DNA of 63,449 nt, counting the filler. It is 7 parts of 7 records of this genome, joined end to end, with 100 filler letters (N's around TTAATTAATTAA, not from the genome) between each part and the next. Parts side by side here need not be neighbours in the genome. Positions count along the whole stretch, not along the records: positions 1 to 7,782 come from DRR723986_20385; positions 7,883 to 15,574 come from DRR723986_20419; 5 more parts are not named here. The stretch is one strand, 5' to 3'. Shown here piece after piece: positions 1-9,140 of this stretch (positions are counted from its first letter, which is position 1; every line of letters begins with the position of its first letter). The translations under genes were made by a program, and so were the position numbers. The notes under the pieces are model-generated. The model saw nothing but the letters and a program-made list of their open reading frames with translations. It was not told where the DNA came from and ran no database searches.

Positions 1-489
1 CGAGCAGGCCGAGGTGATCGAATAGTTGATGCCCTTGATCTTGTAAGCAGTCGCAAGGTTGGCCGAGATCGTCGAGCTCATGCACTTAGGAACCGCAAAA
101 GGGCCAATTCGCTTGGTTGCGCCGGTTTTGGCGACAACCTGATGCGCGGTCAGCATCGCACTGGTGGACGGGCCACCAGAACCCGCCACAAGACCAGTGC
201 GCTCATTGACGATATCGCTCTCGCTCAGACCTGCATCGGCGATGGCCTGACCCATGGCGATATGCGCATAGGCAGCGCCCGGCCCCATAAAGCGCAGAGT
301 ACGCTTATCCACGTGGTCGGCGACGTTCAGCTTGAGCGTGCCCGCGACTCGACTGCGAAAGCCGTGCTCGGTCATCTCGGGGCTGGCTTCGATACCAGAG
401 GTGCCGGATTTCAAAGAGGCCAGAACCTCTTCTACATTGTTCCCGATCGAGGAAACGATCCCCATTCCGGTGACGACGACGCGACGCAT
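1..489 (-). CDS. fabB: 3-oxoacyl-ACP synthase I (partial, runs off window start)
   Basis: Not in ORF track. Manual minus-strand translation from ATG at 489 (AAGGAG upstream) gives MRRVVVTGMGIVSSIGNN...GPFAVPKCMSSTISANLATAYKIKGINYSITSACS; lies downstream of fabA. Confidence 0.95.
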   Translation of the reverse strand, partial: MRRVVVTGMGIVSSIGNNVEEVLASLKSGTSGIEASPEMTEHGFRSRVAGTLKLNVADHVDKRTLRFMGPGAAYAHIAMGQAIADAGLSESDIVNERTGLVAGSGGPSTSAMLTAHQVVAKTGATKRIGPFAVPKCMSSTISANLATAYKIKGINYSITSACS

Positions 490-532
490 AAGCGTACTCC
501 TTAGAAACTTTAGGAAGGATAGATATAAGAGA

Positions 533-1042
533 TCAGCCGTCTGTTGCCAGACCGACCTTCATATCCTTGACCTGATAGATTTCCTCGCCATCAGCAAAAA
601 CGCGCCCGTTGGCAACGCCCAGCTTCAACCGGCGGTCGATAACGCGGGTAAAATCTACGTGATAAGTCAGCATTTTGCGATCTGGTTTGACCATGCCTTT
701 GAGTTTGACTTCGCCAACACCCATTGCCATGCCTTTACCAATCATACCGCGCCATCCCAGATTGAACCCGGTCAATTGCCACAAGCCATCCAAGCCCAAG
801 CATCCAGGCATGATCGGATTGCCAGGAAAGTGGCACGCAAAGAACCAGAGATCAGGCGTGATATCGAATTCAGCAACGACATGGCCTTTGCCAAACTCAC
901 CGCCATCGGCTGAGATGTCCGTAATCCGGTCCATCATCAGCATGGGTGGTTCTGGCAGCTGCGCGTTGCCGGGGCCAAATAGCTCGCCACGGGCGCATTT
1001 CAGCAAGTCCTCTTTGTCAAAACTGCTCGGGAATTGGGCCAT
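533..1042 (-). CDS. fabA: 3-hydroxyacyl-ACP dehydratase/isomerase
   Basis: [33 protein letters not shown] motifs; start taken at MAQFP after AGGAG. Confidence 0.96.
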   Translation of the reverse strand: MAQFPSSFDKEDLLKCARGELFGPGNAQLPEPPMLMMDRITDISADGGEFGKGHVVAEFDITPDLWFFACHFPGNPIMPGCLGLDGLWQLTGFNLGWRGMIGKGMAMGVGEVKLKGMVKPDRKMLTYHVDFTRVIDRRLKLGVANGRVFADGEEIYQVKDMKVGLATDG

Positions 1043-1221
1043 TTGCCGCCTCTCCTGCCTAGGAATCCTCTGTCTGTTATGCTCCTCTATCATCGCCGCC
1101 CGAGGTCCTGCAAGGGTGTGACCGAAGGGAAGTGTGCGGTCAAAGGTTCCAGCTGCGAATGAATTTCATTTGAAATTGACCTGTGTCGCACTCTATATAG
1201 ACATAGTCCCAAGCGAGTCTG

Positions 1222-1647
1222 ATGATTATGACGCCACACAGCCAGGAATATGCAACCAATTGGTTGGTCGACGCGGGCCTGCGCCCGACACGTCAGCGCG
1301 TTGCTTTGGCAGAGCTGTTGGTGGGCGATGGCAATCACCGCCACGTCACCGCAGAAAGCTTGTTCGATGCCGCAAAAGGAAGCGGCTCGGCTGTTTCCTT
1401 GGCCACTGTTTACAACACGCTGCGCGCTTTTTGTGATGCGGGTGTGTTGCAGGAAATCACGGTTGATGGCTCAAAAAGCTATTTTGACACGAACACGCAT
1501 GATCACCCTCACTTCTTTTGGGAGGACGAAGGTCGTCTGTCAGATGCCCCATCGGATCAACTGGTCATCCAGCGATTGCCAGAAGCCCCGGACGGGGTAG
1601 AGATTGCGTCGGTTGATGTGGTCATCAGGTTGCGTCGCAAAGCTTGA
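1222..1647 (+). CDS. irr: Fur-family iron response regulator Irr
   Basis: GLRPTRQRVALAELL, HVTAE, VSLATVYNTL, YFDTNTHDHPHF; divergent from fabA as is usual in alphaproteobacteria. Confidence 0.9.
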   Translation: MIMTPHSQEYATNWLVDAGLRPTRQRVALAELLVGDGNHRHVTAESLFDAAKGSGSAVSLATVYNTLRAFCDAGVLQEITVDGSKSYFDTNTHDHPHFFWEDEGRLSDAPSDQLVIQRLPEAPDGVEIASVDVVIRLRRKA

Positions 1648-1648
1648 T

Positions 1649-2542
1649 CTAGCGCTTTAGAGCTGCCGAAATCGTTTTCCGTGCTTCTATAAGTGTCGGG
1701 TTTTCGGGCCCGGTGCCGTGGCGTGCAAGAACGACAGGCTCACGGGTATTGGCCGTGAGTATTGGCAAGCGCACAAGAGGGGATCCATCATAGCTGGTAT
1801 CGGTGGATGGCCCGGAATAGCTGATCCCAATGCCCTCGCCGTGGGCCGCAAGACTGCGCATGATCTCTAGTGATGCAGCGCGGTGGGCCACTGTGGGGAA
1901 TAGATTGCGGTGTCGAAACAAGCCTAGAATATGCTGCGCCGACAGACCTTCTTCGGACAGGATAAGTGGAAAATTGGCGAGATCGCTTAATTCAATGCCC
2001 GACGTTGCAGCCAGTGGGTGATCGGGGGCAACCAAAGCACTGGGACTGGCGTGAAACAGGGTGTGACGATCAAACCCCGCATCCATGCCCAGATCATAGG
2101 TTAACGCCAGATCAATGTGACCTTTAAGAAGACCAGCGATCAACGCCTCGAACCCATCGGTGCGATAGGTGATGGTGACTTGCGGCAACGCGCTCCGCAG
2201 CGCGCTGAGGGCAGGGGCCAGCAGGACCGGGGCTAGATCCACAAAGCACCCTAAAGTCAGAGTGGTCGCCGCCGGATGCGGGTGGGTGGGGTCTTCTAGC
2301 TGGGCGGCCTGGGCAAGAAGGGCATCCGCCCGTGCAACAAAGGAGCGCCCTTGTGGGGTGAGGGTCATGTTTGCGCCGCGCCGGCGGACGAATAAGGCAT
2401 AGCCCAGATGCGCCTCGATCCTGTTCAATGCCACTGACAGCGCGGGTTGTGAGACATTCAACTGAATTGCAGCGGCGGACAACCCGCCTTCGTGGCCGAT
2501 CGCGACAACATATTCGTAGTGGCGCAGAGTGAGATATAGCAT
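1649..2542 (-). CDS. LysR-family transcriptional regulator
   Basis: HTH AAAIQLNVSQPALSVALNRIE plus substrate-binding domain; start taken at MLYLTLRHY; divergent from the PhyH gene. Confidence 0.92.
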   Translation of the reverse strand: MLYLTLRHYEYVVAIGHEGGLSAAAIQLNVSQPALSVALNRIEAHLGYALFVRRRGANMTLTPQGRSFVARADALLAQAAQLEDPTHPHPAATTLTLGCFVDLAPVLLAPALSALRSALPQVTITYRTDGFEALIAGLLKGHIDLALTYDLGMDAGFDRHTLFHASPSALVAPDHPLAATSGIELSDLANFPLILSEEGLSAQHILGLFRHRNLFPTVAHRAASLEIMRSLAAHGEGIGISYSGPSTDTSYDGSPLVRLPILTANTREPVVLARHGTGPENPTLIEARKTISAALKR

Positions 2543-2632
2543 GAAGTTATATATGCCTTTTTCAAATATGATTTGAAACGAAAAAAGAGGCAGGGCATCA
2601 ATACCCGAAACAGCCACCTTGGAGACTGCGCT

Positions 2633-3430
2633 ATGACCCACCCACTGGTTACACAGGATATGATCGACACGTTTCAAAAAGACGGAGTCGTCTTGATCAA
2701 GGGCCTGTTTGCTAAAGAAGTCGAAACATTGCGGGCTGGGGTCGCGGCCAATATGGCGGAACCCGGTCCCTATGCCTCTGAGAACAAAAAAGATGGTCAC
2801 ACGGGGCGTTTCTTTGATGATTATTGCAACTGGACCCGCATCCCCGAATTCCGTGAGGTGATCGAAACCTCACCTGTGGCCGAGGTCGCGGCGGATCTGA
2901 TGAGCTCCCAAACGGTTCAGATGTTCCATGACCACGTGTTGGTCAAAGAACCGGGCACGTCGTTGCCCACGCCCTGGCACCAGGATGGGCCCTATTACTT
3001 TGTCGAAGGGCAGCAGACCGTCAGCTTTTGGTCCCCACTTGATCCTGTGAAAGAGGCCGCGTTGCGGTGTGTTGCGGGGTCGCATCTCTGGGAAAAAGAG
3101 GTGCTGCCAACGCGCTGGGTGTCTGAGACGGATTTCTTTCCAGACGAAGGTCAGTACATGGCGGTCCCGGACCCCGAAGCCGAAGGCATGCGGATTGTCG
3201 AGTTCGAAATGGAACCGGGTGACGCCGTGGCGTTCAATTACAAGGTGCTGCACGGTGCGCGTGGCAACACCAGCGAAACACGTCGCCGGGCGTTTTCGCT
3301 GCGGTTGGTGGGTGATGACGCGCGCTATGTTGAACGCCCCGGCCCAACTTCGCCGCCCTATCCCGGGCACGATATGACACCGGGCCAGCGCTTGCGCGAA
3401 GACTGGTTCCCGATGCTGCGCGGTGAATAA
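2633..3430 (+). CDS. Phytanoyl-CoA dioxygenase (PhyH) family Fe/2OG dioxygenase
   Basis: TPWHQD (HxD) and LHGA distal His, RRAFS; GGAG upstream of ATG 2633. Confidence 0.9.
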   Translation: MTHPLVTQDMIDTFQKDGVVLIKGLFAKEVETLRAGVAANMAEPGPYASENKKDGHTGRFFDDYCNWTRIPEFREVIETSPVAEVAADLMSSQTVQMFHDHVLVKEPGTSLPTPWHQDGPYYFVEGQQTVSFWSPLDPVKEAALRCVAGSHLWEKEVLPTRWVSETDFFPDEGQYMAVPDPEAEGMRIVEFEMEPGDAVAFNYKVLHGARGNTSETRRRAFSLRLVGDDARYVERPGPTSPPYPGHDMTPGQRLREDWFPMLRGE

Positions 3431-3484
3431 TCATCTTAGCCCCTGCTGAAATCAGTCAGTGGGGACCAATTGTTTGATGGGACG

Positions 3485-3510
3485 TAGGGGTGCAGCGGGC
3501 TGCGCCCCTA
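3485..3510. terminator. Hairpin between convergent genes (putative terminator)
   Basis: TAGGGGTGCAG-cggg-CTGCGCCCCTA inverted repeat; no clear U-tract. Confidence 0.4.
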
Positions 3511-4374
3511 AAACCACTGGCCGGGTTCCATCAAACCCAGATCCAGCAATTGGCGTGAATGCCAGTCAAACGGGGTCGAGTTGTGCCAGCGAAAGCTCTG
3601 AATTTCAAAGGTCGAGCCGGGATTACGCTTTAACGCCTTGGCAGTGCGGAAGGAACAAATTGCCGCTGTCAGGTTGTGATGCCAAGGGCAGGCGTAGGTG
3701 TTGTATTCCTGATCTTCGAACGTGTGGTTCGGCAGTAGCTTTAACCCAGGCGCGGATTTGAACAGGGCGATGCGGTCGATTTTACGGCTGTCTTTTGGAA
3801 TATGTTCTTCGTACCGCCAGCGCACACCGCCAAAGAAATCCAATTGCCGTTCGCGCGGATGTCCCGTGGCGGGGTCTTTGCGGGATTGTGCGTAATAGCC
3901 GGATTTATCGAGATGCGCGCGATCCAGCGACACACCATCGGGGTTGAGATCCAGATTATCAGCGTACAGATCGATGACATAGGCCAGCATCGCATCGCGC
4001 CGCTCTTCCCCGTGAAAGGTCAACATCTCGCCCACTGAGCGGGTCTCACAAAATGGGAAAAACAGGTATTCCGCGTTGTAGCAGTAGTACATCCAAATAC
4101 CGGGCGCGGCTTCGATTATGCGATTGATCGCATCCGTGACTGCCCCTTCGGGGGCGCAGTCAAAGGGAATGCGGTGGATTTTGTCTTCGACATCATTTGG
4201 CAGGGGGAATGCGTCAGGGATCAACGCCAACACCGACTCAAACCCGCACTGGATATGGTGGCGCATCGTTGTGGCCAGCTCGACGTTATCCTCAACAAAA
4301 ATCATCGCGATCGGCCCTTTGGCCATCACTGTCGTGCCGGTTTTCAAAAAGTGGTCGAGAGATGCGTATTCCAT
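3508..4374 (-). CDS. Glycosyltransferase family 2-like protein (degenerate)
   Basis: WMYYCYNAEYLFFPFCETR, YVIDLY and QLDFFGGVRWR resemble roseobacter GT2-like proteins; start uncertain (4374 or 4404). Confidence 0.6.
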   Translation of the reverse strand: MEYASLDHFLKTGTTVMAKGPIAMIFVEDNVELATTMRHHIQCGFESVLALIPDAFPLPNDVEDKIHRIPFDCAPEGAVTDAINRIIEAAPGIWMYYCYNAEYLFFPFCETRSVGEMLTFHGEERRDAMLAYVIDLYADNLDLNPDGVSLDRAHLDKSGYYAQSRKDPATGHPRERQLDFFGGVRWRYEEHIPKDSRKIDRIALFKSAPGLKLLPNHTFEDQEYNTYACPWHHNLTAAICSFRTAKALKRNPGSTFEIQSFRWHNSTPFDWHSRQLLDLGLMEPGQWF

Positions 4375-4500
4375 CGGGCGCCTTTGCTCTTGCCATTTTG
4401 GCATTGTGTCCCAAATTCGGTTAATTGCGCGTGCATTGCAAGCGGTCCCGGAACCGTTTAAAGCAGGCCGCTGATCCCGCGAACGCAAAGGCCTAAATCC

Positions 4501-5823
4501 ATGTCCGAGCCAAAGAAGCTGTATATCAAAACCTATGGCTGCCAGATGAACGTTTACGACAGTGAACGTATGGCCGAAGCTTTGGGTGGAAAAGGCTATG
4601 TTGAGACCAAGTCCCCCGATGATGCGGACATGATTTTGCTGAACACCTGCCACATCCGCGAAAAGGCGGCGGAAAAAGTGTATTCCGAATTGGGCCGTTT
4701 CAAAGGTCTTAAGGCGGGCAAACCGGATTTGAAGATTGGTGTGGCTGGGTGTGTGGCACAGGCCGAAGGTGAAGAGATCATGCGCCGTCAGCCCATGGTC
4801 GATTTGGTTGTCGGGCCGCAAAGCTATCACCGCTTGCCCGAGATGGAGACGAAAGTCCGTGAAGGTGAAAAGGCGCTCGATACTGATTTCCCCGAAGAGG
4901 ATAAGTTCGAAAAACTAAAAAACCGCCCCAAAGCAAAGCGTGGGCCGTCGGCGTTTTTGACGGTTCAAGAGGGATGCGATAAATTCTGCGCCTTTTGCGT
5001 GGTGCCCTATACCCGGGGGGCCGAGGTCAGCCGCCCGGCAGACCGCATTTTGCGCGAAGCACAGGATCTGGTCGAACGTGGAGTGCGCGAGATCACTTTG
5101 CTGGGCCAGAATGTGAATGCCTATCACGGCGCGGGTGCAAACGGGGATCTGACACTGGCTCAGTTGATCTGGGAGCTGGACAAGGTTGATGGGCTTGAAC
5201 GCATTCGGTTCACCACGAGCCACCCCAACGACATGATGGATGATCTGATCGAAGCCCACGGCACGTGTTCTAAATTGATGCCGTATTTGCATCTGCCGGT
5301 TCAGGCCGGATCGGACAAAATCCTGAAACGGATGAATCGCAGCCACACGGCCGAAAGCTACCTCCGGTTGGTTGAGCGCATCCGCGAGGCACGTCCCGAT
5401 ATCGTTATGTCTGGCGACTTCATCGTCGGCTTTCCCGAAGAAACCGAAGAAGATTTTCAGGCGACGCTCGATTTGGTTGAGCAGGTCAAATACGGCTATG
5501 CCTATTCGTTCAAGTATTCGACCCGCCCCGGAACACCAGCTGCAGAGCGGGCGCAAGTGCCAGCTGCTGAGGCGGACGAGCGGTTGCAGCGCCTGCAAAG
5601 CATGATCACCCGCCACCAGCGCGAGATCCAAGATTCAATGGTGGGGCGTGAACTGAATGTTCTGTTCGAAAAGCCGGGCCGCTTTGATGACCAAATGGTG
5701 GGCAAGTCTGAGTATCTGCATTCTGTGCATGTCACGGGGTCAAAGGCGGCAATTGGTGACATCGCGCGTGTGAAAATCGTGTCTTCGGGTACGAATTCTT
5801 TGGCTGGTGAAGTGATCCGCTGA
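4501..5823 (+). CDS. miaB: tRNA-2-methylthio-N6-dimethylallyladenosine synthase
   Basis: [22 protein letters not shown], radical-SAM CDKFCAFC, C-terminal TRAM domain. Confidence 0.97.
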   Translation: MSEPKKLYIKTYGCQMNVYDSERMAEALGGKGYVETKSPDDADMILLNTCHIREKAAEKVYSELGRFKGLKAGKPDLKIGVAGCVAQAEGEEIMRRQPMVDLVVGPQSYHRLPEMETKVREGEKALDTDFPEEDKFEKLKNRPKAKRGPSAFLTVQEGCDKFCAFCVVPYTRGAEVSRPADRILREAQDLVERGVREITLLGQNVNAYHGAGANGDLTLAQLIWELDKVDGLERIRFTTSHPNDMMDDLIEAHGTCSKLMPYLHLPVQAGSDKILKRMNRSHTAESYLRLVERIREARPDIVMSGDFIVGFPEETEEDFQATLDLVEQVKYGYAYSFKYSTRPGTPAAERAQVPAAEADERLQRLQSMITRHQREIQDSMVGRELNVLFEKPGRFDDQMVGKSEYLHSVHVTGSKAAIGDIARVKIVSSGTNSLAGEVIR

Positions 5824-5928
5824 TCGCCCAAAGATTGAATGAGGCGCGACTCAGTCACGTCTCATTCCGCTTTAAGGTTGCGGTAACGTGAACAATATTT
5901 GCGATTTTACGAGAGTGTTTCAGTAATA

Positions 5929-5943
5929 ACCACAATATGTGGT
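5929..5943. promoter_or_regulatory. Palindromic operator-like site (NrdR-box-like)
   Basis: ACCACA-ATA-TGTGGT perfect inverted repeat in the AT-rich region upstream of the OmpA gene. Confidence 0.35.
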
Positions 5944-6066
5944 GGTTTTTACTTCACAAATATCACTTATTTTCTTAACCTTAGCCCAATTAGTGTATTG
6001 GGTGCTTTCCTGACGCGTGTCTGCGGCGCCAATTTTTCGGGGGAACCAAGGTGAGGGATAACAGCG

Positions 6067-6636
6067 GTGTTTGATTTCAAAATTAAGGGTGCCCTCGCGG
6101 CACTGACAGCAGTGATTGCATTAGCCGGGGTAGCTGCCACTCCGCTGGCTGCGCAATCGAATACACGCACCGTAATCGGTGAGCGGTATGTCCCTACGAT
6201 CTGGGTTGATCCAGATGGGTGTGAACATTGGGTAATGGATGATGGCGCCGAAGGGTACATGACGCCACACGTCAGCCGGCAAGGTATTCCTGTCTGCCGT
6301 CGCGGCAATCTGTGCGGAACACTTCCGGCAGATCAGTTTTTCGCGACTGACAGCTACCGGATTTCGTCCAGTGGTCAGCAGCGCCTGCAAGAGTTTTTTC
6401 GATCTGCAGGGGCCAATGGTTATATTGTGACCGGACATACCGACAGCCGGGCATCGGATGCCTACAATCTGCGTCTGTCGCAGAACCGGGCCAATTCGGT
6501 TGCCCGCGTCGGCAAAAGTGTCGGGGCCCGTATCGTTGATGTGCGCGGCTATGGCGAACGCGACCCACGGGTTCCCAACAACGGGGCTGCCAATATGGCC
6601 AAAAACCGCCGCGTTGAAATCATCTGCGTGAATTGA
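6067..6636 (+). CDS. Exported OmpA-family protein with N-terminal Cys/His domain
   Basis: Signal peptide; C-terminal GHTDSRASDAYNLRLSQNRA...NRRVEI. Confidence 0.9.
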   Translation: MFDFKIKGALAALTAVIALAGVAATPLAAQSNTRTVIGERYVPTIWVDPDGCEHWVMDDGAEGYMTPHVSRQGIPVCRRGNLCGTLPADQFFATDSYRISSSGQQRLQEFFRSAGANGYIVTGHTDSRASDAYNLRLSQNRANSVARVGKSVGARIVDVRGYGERDPRVPNNGAANMAKNRRVEIICVN

Positions 6637-6647
6637 GGAGATCTGCT

Positions 6648-6941
6648 ATGAAATTGATCAAAGGTATCGTGCTCCTCGCCGCATTGGGTGGTTTGGCTGC
6701 GTGCGAAGCAACAGATAAGACAGTGGACCGGGGCATTGACGCCAAGGATCTGTCCAATCTGAAAGCCGGGATCTGGGTCGACCCGCAAGGGTGTGACCAC
6801 TGGATTATTGATGATGGCCTTGAGGGGTATCTGTCACAGCGCTTGGACCGCAACGGTAAGCCAGTATGTTCCGGTGCCGCCCCTCCCGGCGTGGCAACAG
6901 GTCCCTTCAAGGATGGCTCGCCCATCGTCGATGCGATCTAA
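6648..6941 (+). CDS. Small lipoprotein, paralogous to the N-domain of the upstream OmpA protein
   Basis: Lipobox LAAC; IWVDPQGCDHWIIDDGLEGY...GKPVC; GAGGAG RBS. Confidence 0.85.
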   Translation: MKLIKGIVLLAALGGLAACEATDKTVDRGIDAKDLSNLKAGIWVDPQGCDHWIIDDGLEGYLSQRLDRNGKPVCSGAAPPGVATGPFKDGSPIVDAI

Positions 6942-6960
6942 ATCGGACAGTCAGAGATTT

Positions 6961-6990
6961 AGGGCCGCCCCTTGGGGCGGTCTTTTTTGT
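6961..6990 (+). terminator. Rho-independent terminator
   Basis: AGGGCCGCCCC-tt-GGGGCGGTCT followed by a T-run. Confidence 0.85.
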
Positions 6991-7080
6991 TGGTAATTGG
7001 TGAAAATTGCGACTGGTGACTTGCGACTCTGGCCCGGTTTTGGCTACGCTAAAGGTGTAATGCCAAGACAGGAGAGCGGA

Positions 7081-7782
7081 TTGGCCATTGGTGCCCTGAC
7101 CCCACCGCAAGATGAGAATGCCGCCAACGAGGCATTGATTGAGTTTTCTGATAACCGACTGCTGATAGACCTGTGCGGTGAATACGACCGCAACCTCGCT
7201 GTTATTGAACAACAGCTGGGTGTGCAGATCGTGCGCCGCGGCAATCAGTTGTCTGTGCTAGGAGAACCCGACGCGCAAACCCAGGCCGTGGACGTGCTGA
7301 GTTCGCTGTATGCCCGGCTCGAGGCTGGACGGACAGTTGAGCCGGGAGATATCGATCGAGAGTTTCGAATGGGGGGCGGCGACGTGGAAACAGTCACGCG
7401 AGACGGCAATCAGCTTGAGATGTTCAAGGGCGGCAAAGTCGAAATCAAGACCCGTAAAAAGCTGGTCGAACCCCGCACCGATGCACAAAAAGCCTATGTT
7501 CAATCGCTCTTTGAAAACGAATTGGCGTTTGGCATTGGCCCAGCAGGGACCGGCAAAACCTATCTTGCGGTCGCTGTGGGCGTGTCGATGTTTATTGGCG
7601 GGCATGTGGATCGCATCATCCTCAGCCGTCCGGCTGTCGAAGCGGGCGAGAAACTGGGGTACCTGCCAGGGGATATGAAAGACAAAGTCGATCCCTACAT
7701 GCAGCCGTTGTATGATGCGTTGAATGATTTCCTGCCGGGCAAACAATTGGCTAAGCTGATCGAGGAAAAGCGGATCGAGATC
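7081..7782 (+). CDS. phoH: PhoH-family ATPase (partial at contig end)
   Basis: GIGPAGTGKTYLAVA, RPAVEAGEKLGYLPGD, VDPYMQPLYDAL; TTG start after GGAGAG assumed. Confidence 0.93.
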
Positions 7783-7882
7783 NNNNNNNNNNNNNNNNNN
7801 NNNNNNNNNNNNNNNNNNNNNNNNNNTTAATTAATTAANNNNNNNNNNNNNNNNNNNNNNNNNNNNNNNNNNNNNNNNNNNN
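7783..7882. other. Artificial contig spacer
   Basis: N-run + TTAATTAATTAA + N-run, 100 nt. Confidence 0.99.
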
Positions 7883-9140
7883 GTGCCCGGACTGCGGTGT
7901 GGGCAAGGAAGACTTCGAGCTGATCGAGGAAGCCCCGGTCGACGATACCCCGCACCACGAGGAGCCGGAGGTAGATTCCGTCCATGCGCCGGTGGTGATT
8001 CTTGGCACCGGGCTGGCCGGTTATGGCCTGGCACGGGAATTCCGCAAGCACGACCAGGACACGCCGCTGATCCTGATTACTTCCGACGACGGCCGCTCCT
8101 ACTCCAAGCCCATGTTGTCCACCGGCTATACCAAGGACACCAGTGCCAATGACCTCGCGCAGCTGGACGCCGGCAGTATGGGCAAGATGCTCAAGGCCAG
8201 CGTCTGGACCATGACCCGGGTCGGCGAGATCGATACTGCCGAACACCTGATCAAGGTCGGTGATGCCCAGACCGCGATTCACTACAGCAAGCTGGTGCTG
8301 GCGGTAGGCGCTGACGTTATCCGGCCACCTATCGGCGGCGATGCGCTGGAGATGGTCTATTCGGTGAATGACCTGCTGGACTACGACGATTACCGCACCG
8401 CCATGAGCAAGCACGAGGTGAAGAAGGTCTGCATCATCGGCGCCGGCCTGATCGGCTGTGAATTTACCAATGACCTGCTCAACGGTGGTTTCGAGGTCGA
8501 GGTCGTCGACCCGCTGGCCTACTGCCTGCCTACCCTGCTGCCGGAGCCCGCTGGCCGGGCGGTGCAGGCGGCGCTGGAGGAGCAGGGCGCGAAATTCCAT
8601 TTCGGTCCCCTGGTAACGGCGGTCAATAAAAAGGGCGAAGGTGTCAGCGTTAGCCTCAATAACGGTGAGACCATTGATGCCGACCTCGTGGTTTCCGCCG
8701 TGGGTGTGCGCCCGCGCATCGACCTGGCCCAGGCATCTGGCCTGGAGATCAAGCGCGGCGTGGCTACTGACCGTCTCCTGCAAACCAGTGCCCCCGACGT
8801 CTATGCGATGGGCGACTGCGCCGAGGTCAATGGCCTTGTGCTGGTCTATGTCGCGCCGCTGATGGCCCAGGCCCGGGCCCTGGCCAAGACCCTGGCCGGT
8901 GAGCCGACCGAGGTGGTCTACCCGGCCATGCCGGTGACCATCAAGACGCCGACCTGCCCGGTAGTCGTGGCGCCTCCGGCGGCGGATGCCGCGGGCGATT
9001 GGCAGATTGAGGTCGATGGCAATAATGTGAAGGCGGAATTTCGCAGCGCCGATGGCACCTTGCTTGGCTTTGCCCTCACCGGCGAGGCGATCAAGGCGAA
9101 AATGGCACTGCAGAAGGAACTGCCGCCAATTATGGCCTAG
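7883..9140 (+). CDS. rubB: Rubredoxin-rubredoxin NAD(H) reductase fusion (5' partial)
   Basis: In-frame CPDCGVGKEDFE from 7884, then VVILGTGLAG, YSKPMLS, GAGLIGCEF, GDCAEV, TIKTP. Confidence 0.88.

Noticed and set aside
4375-4830. N-terminal extension of the GT2-like ORF overlapping miaB
   Set aside because: Mostly antisense to miaB; the plausible start is 4374 or 4404.
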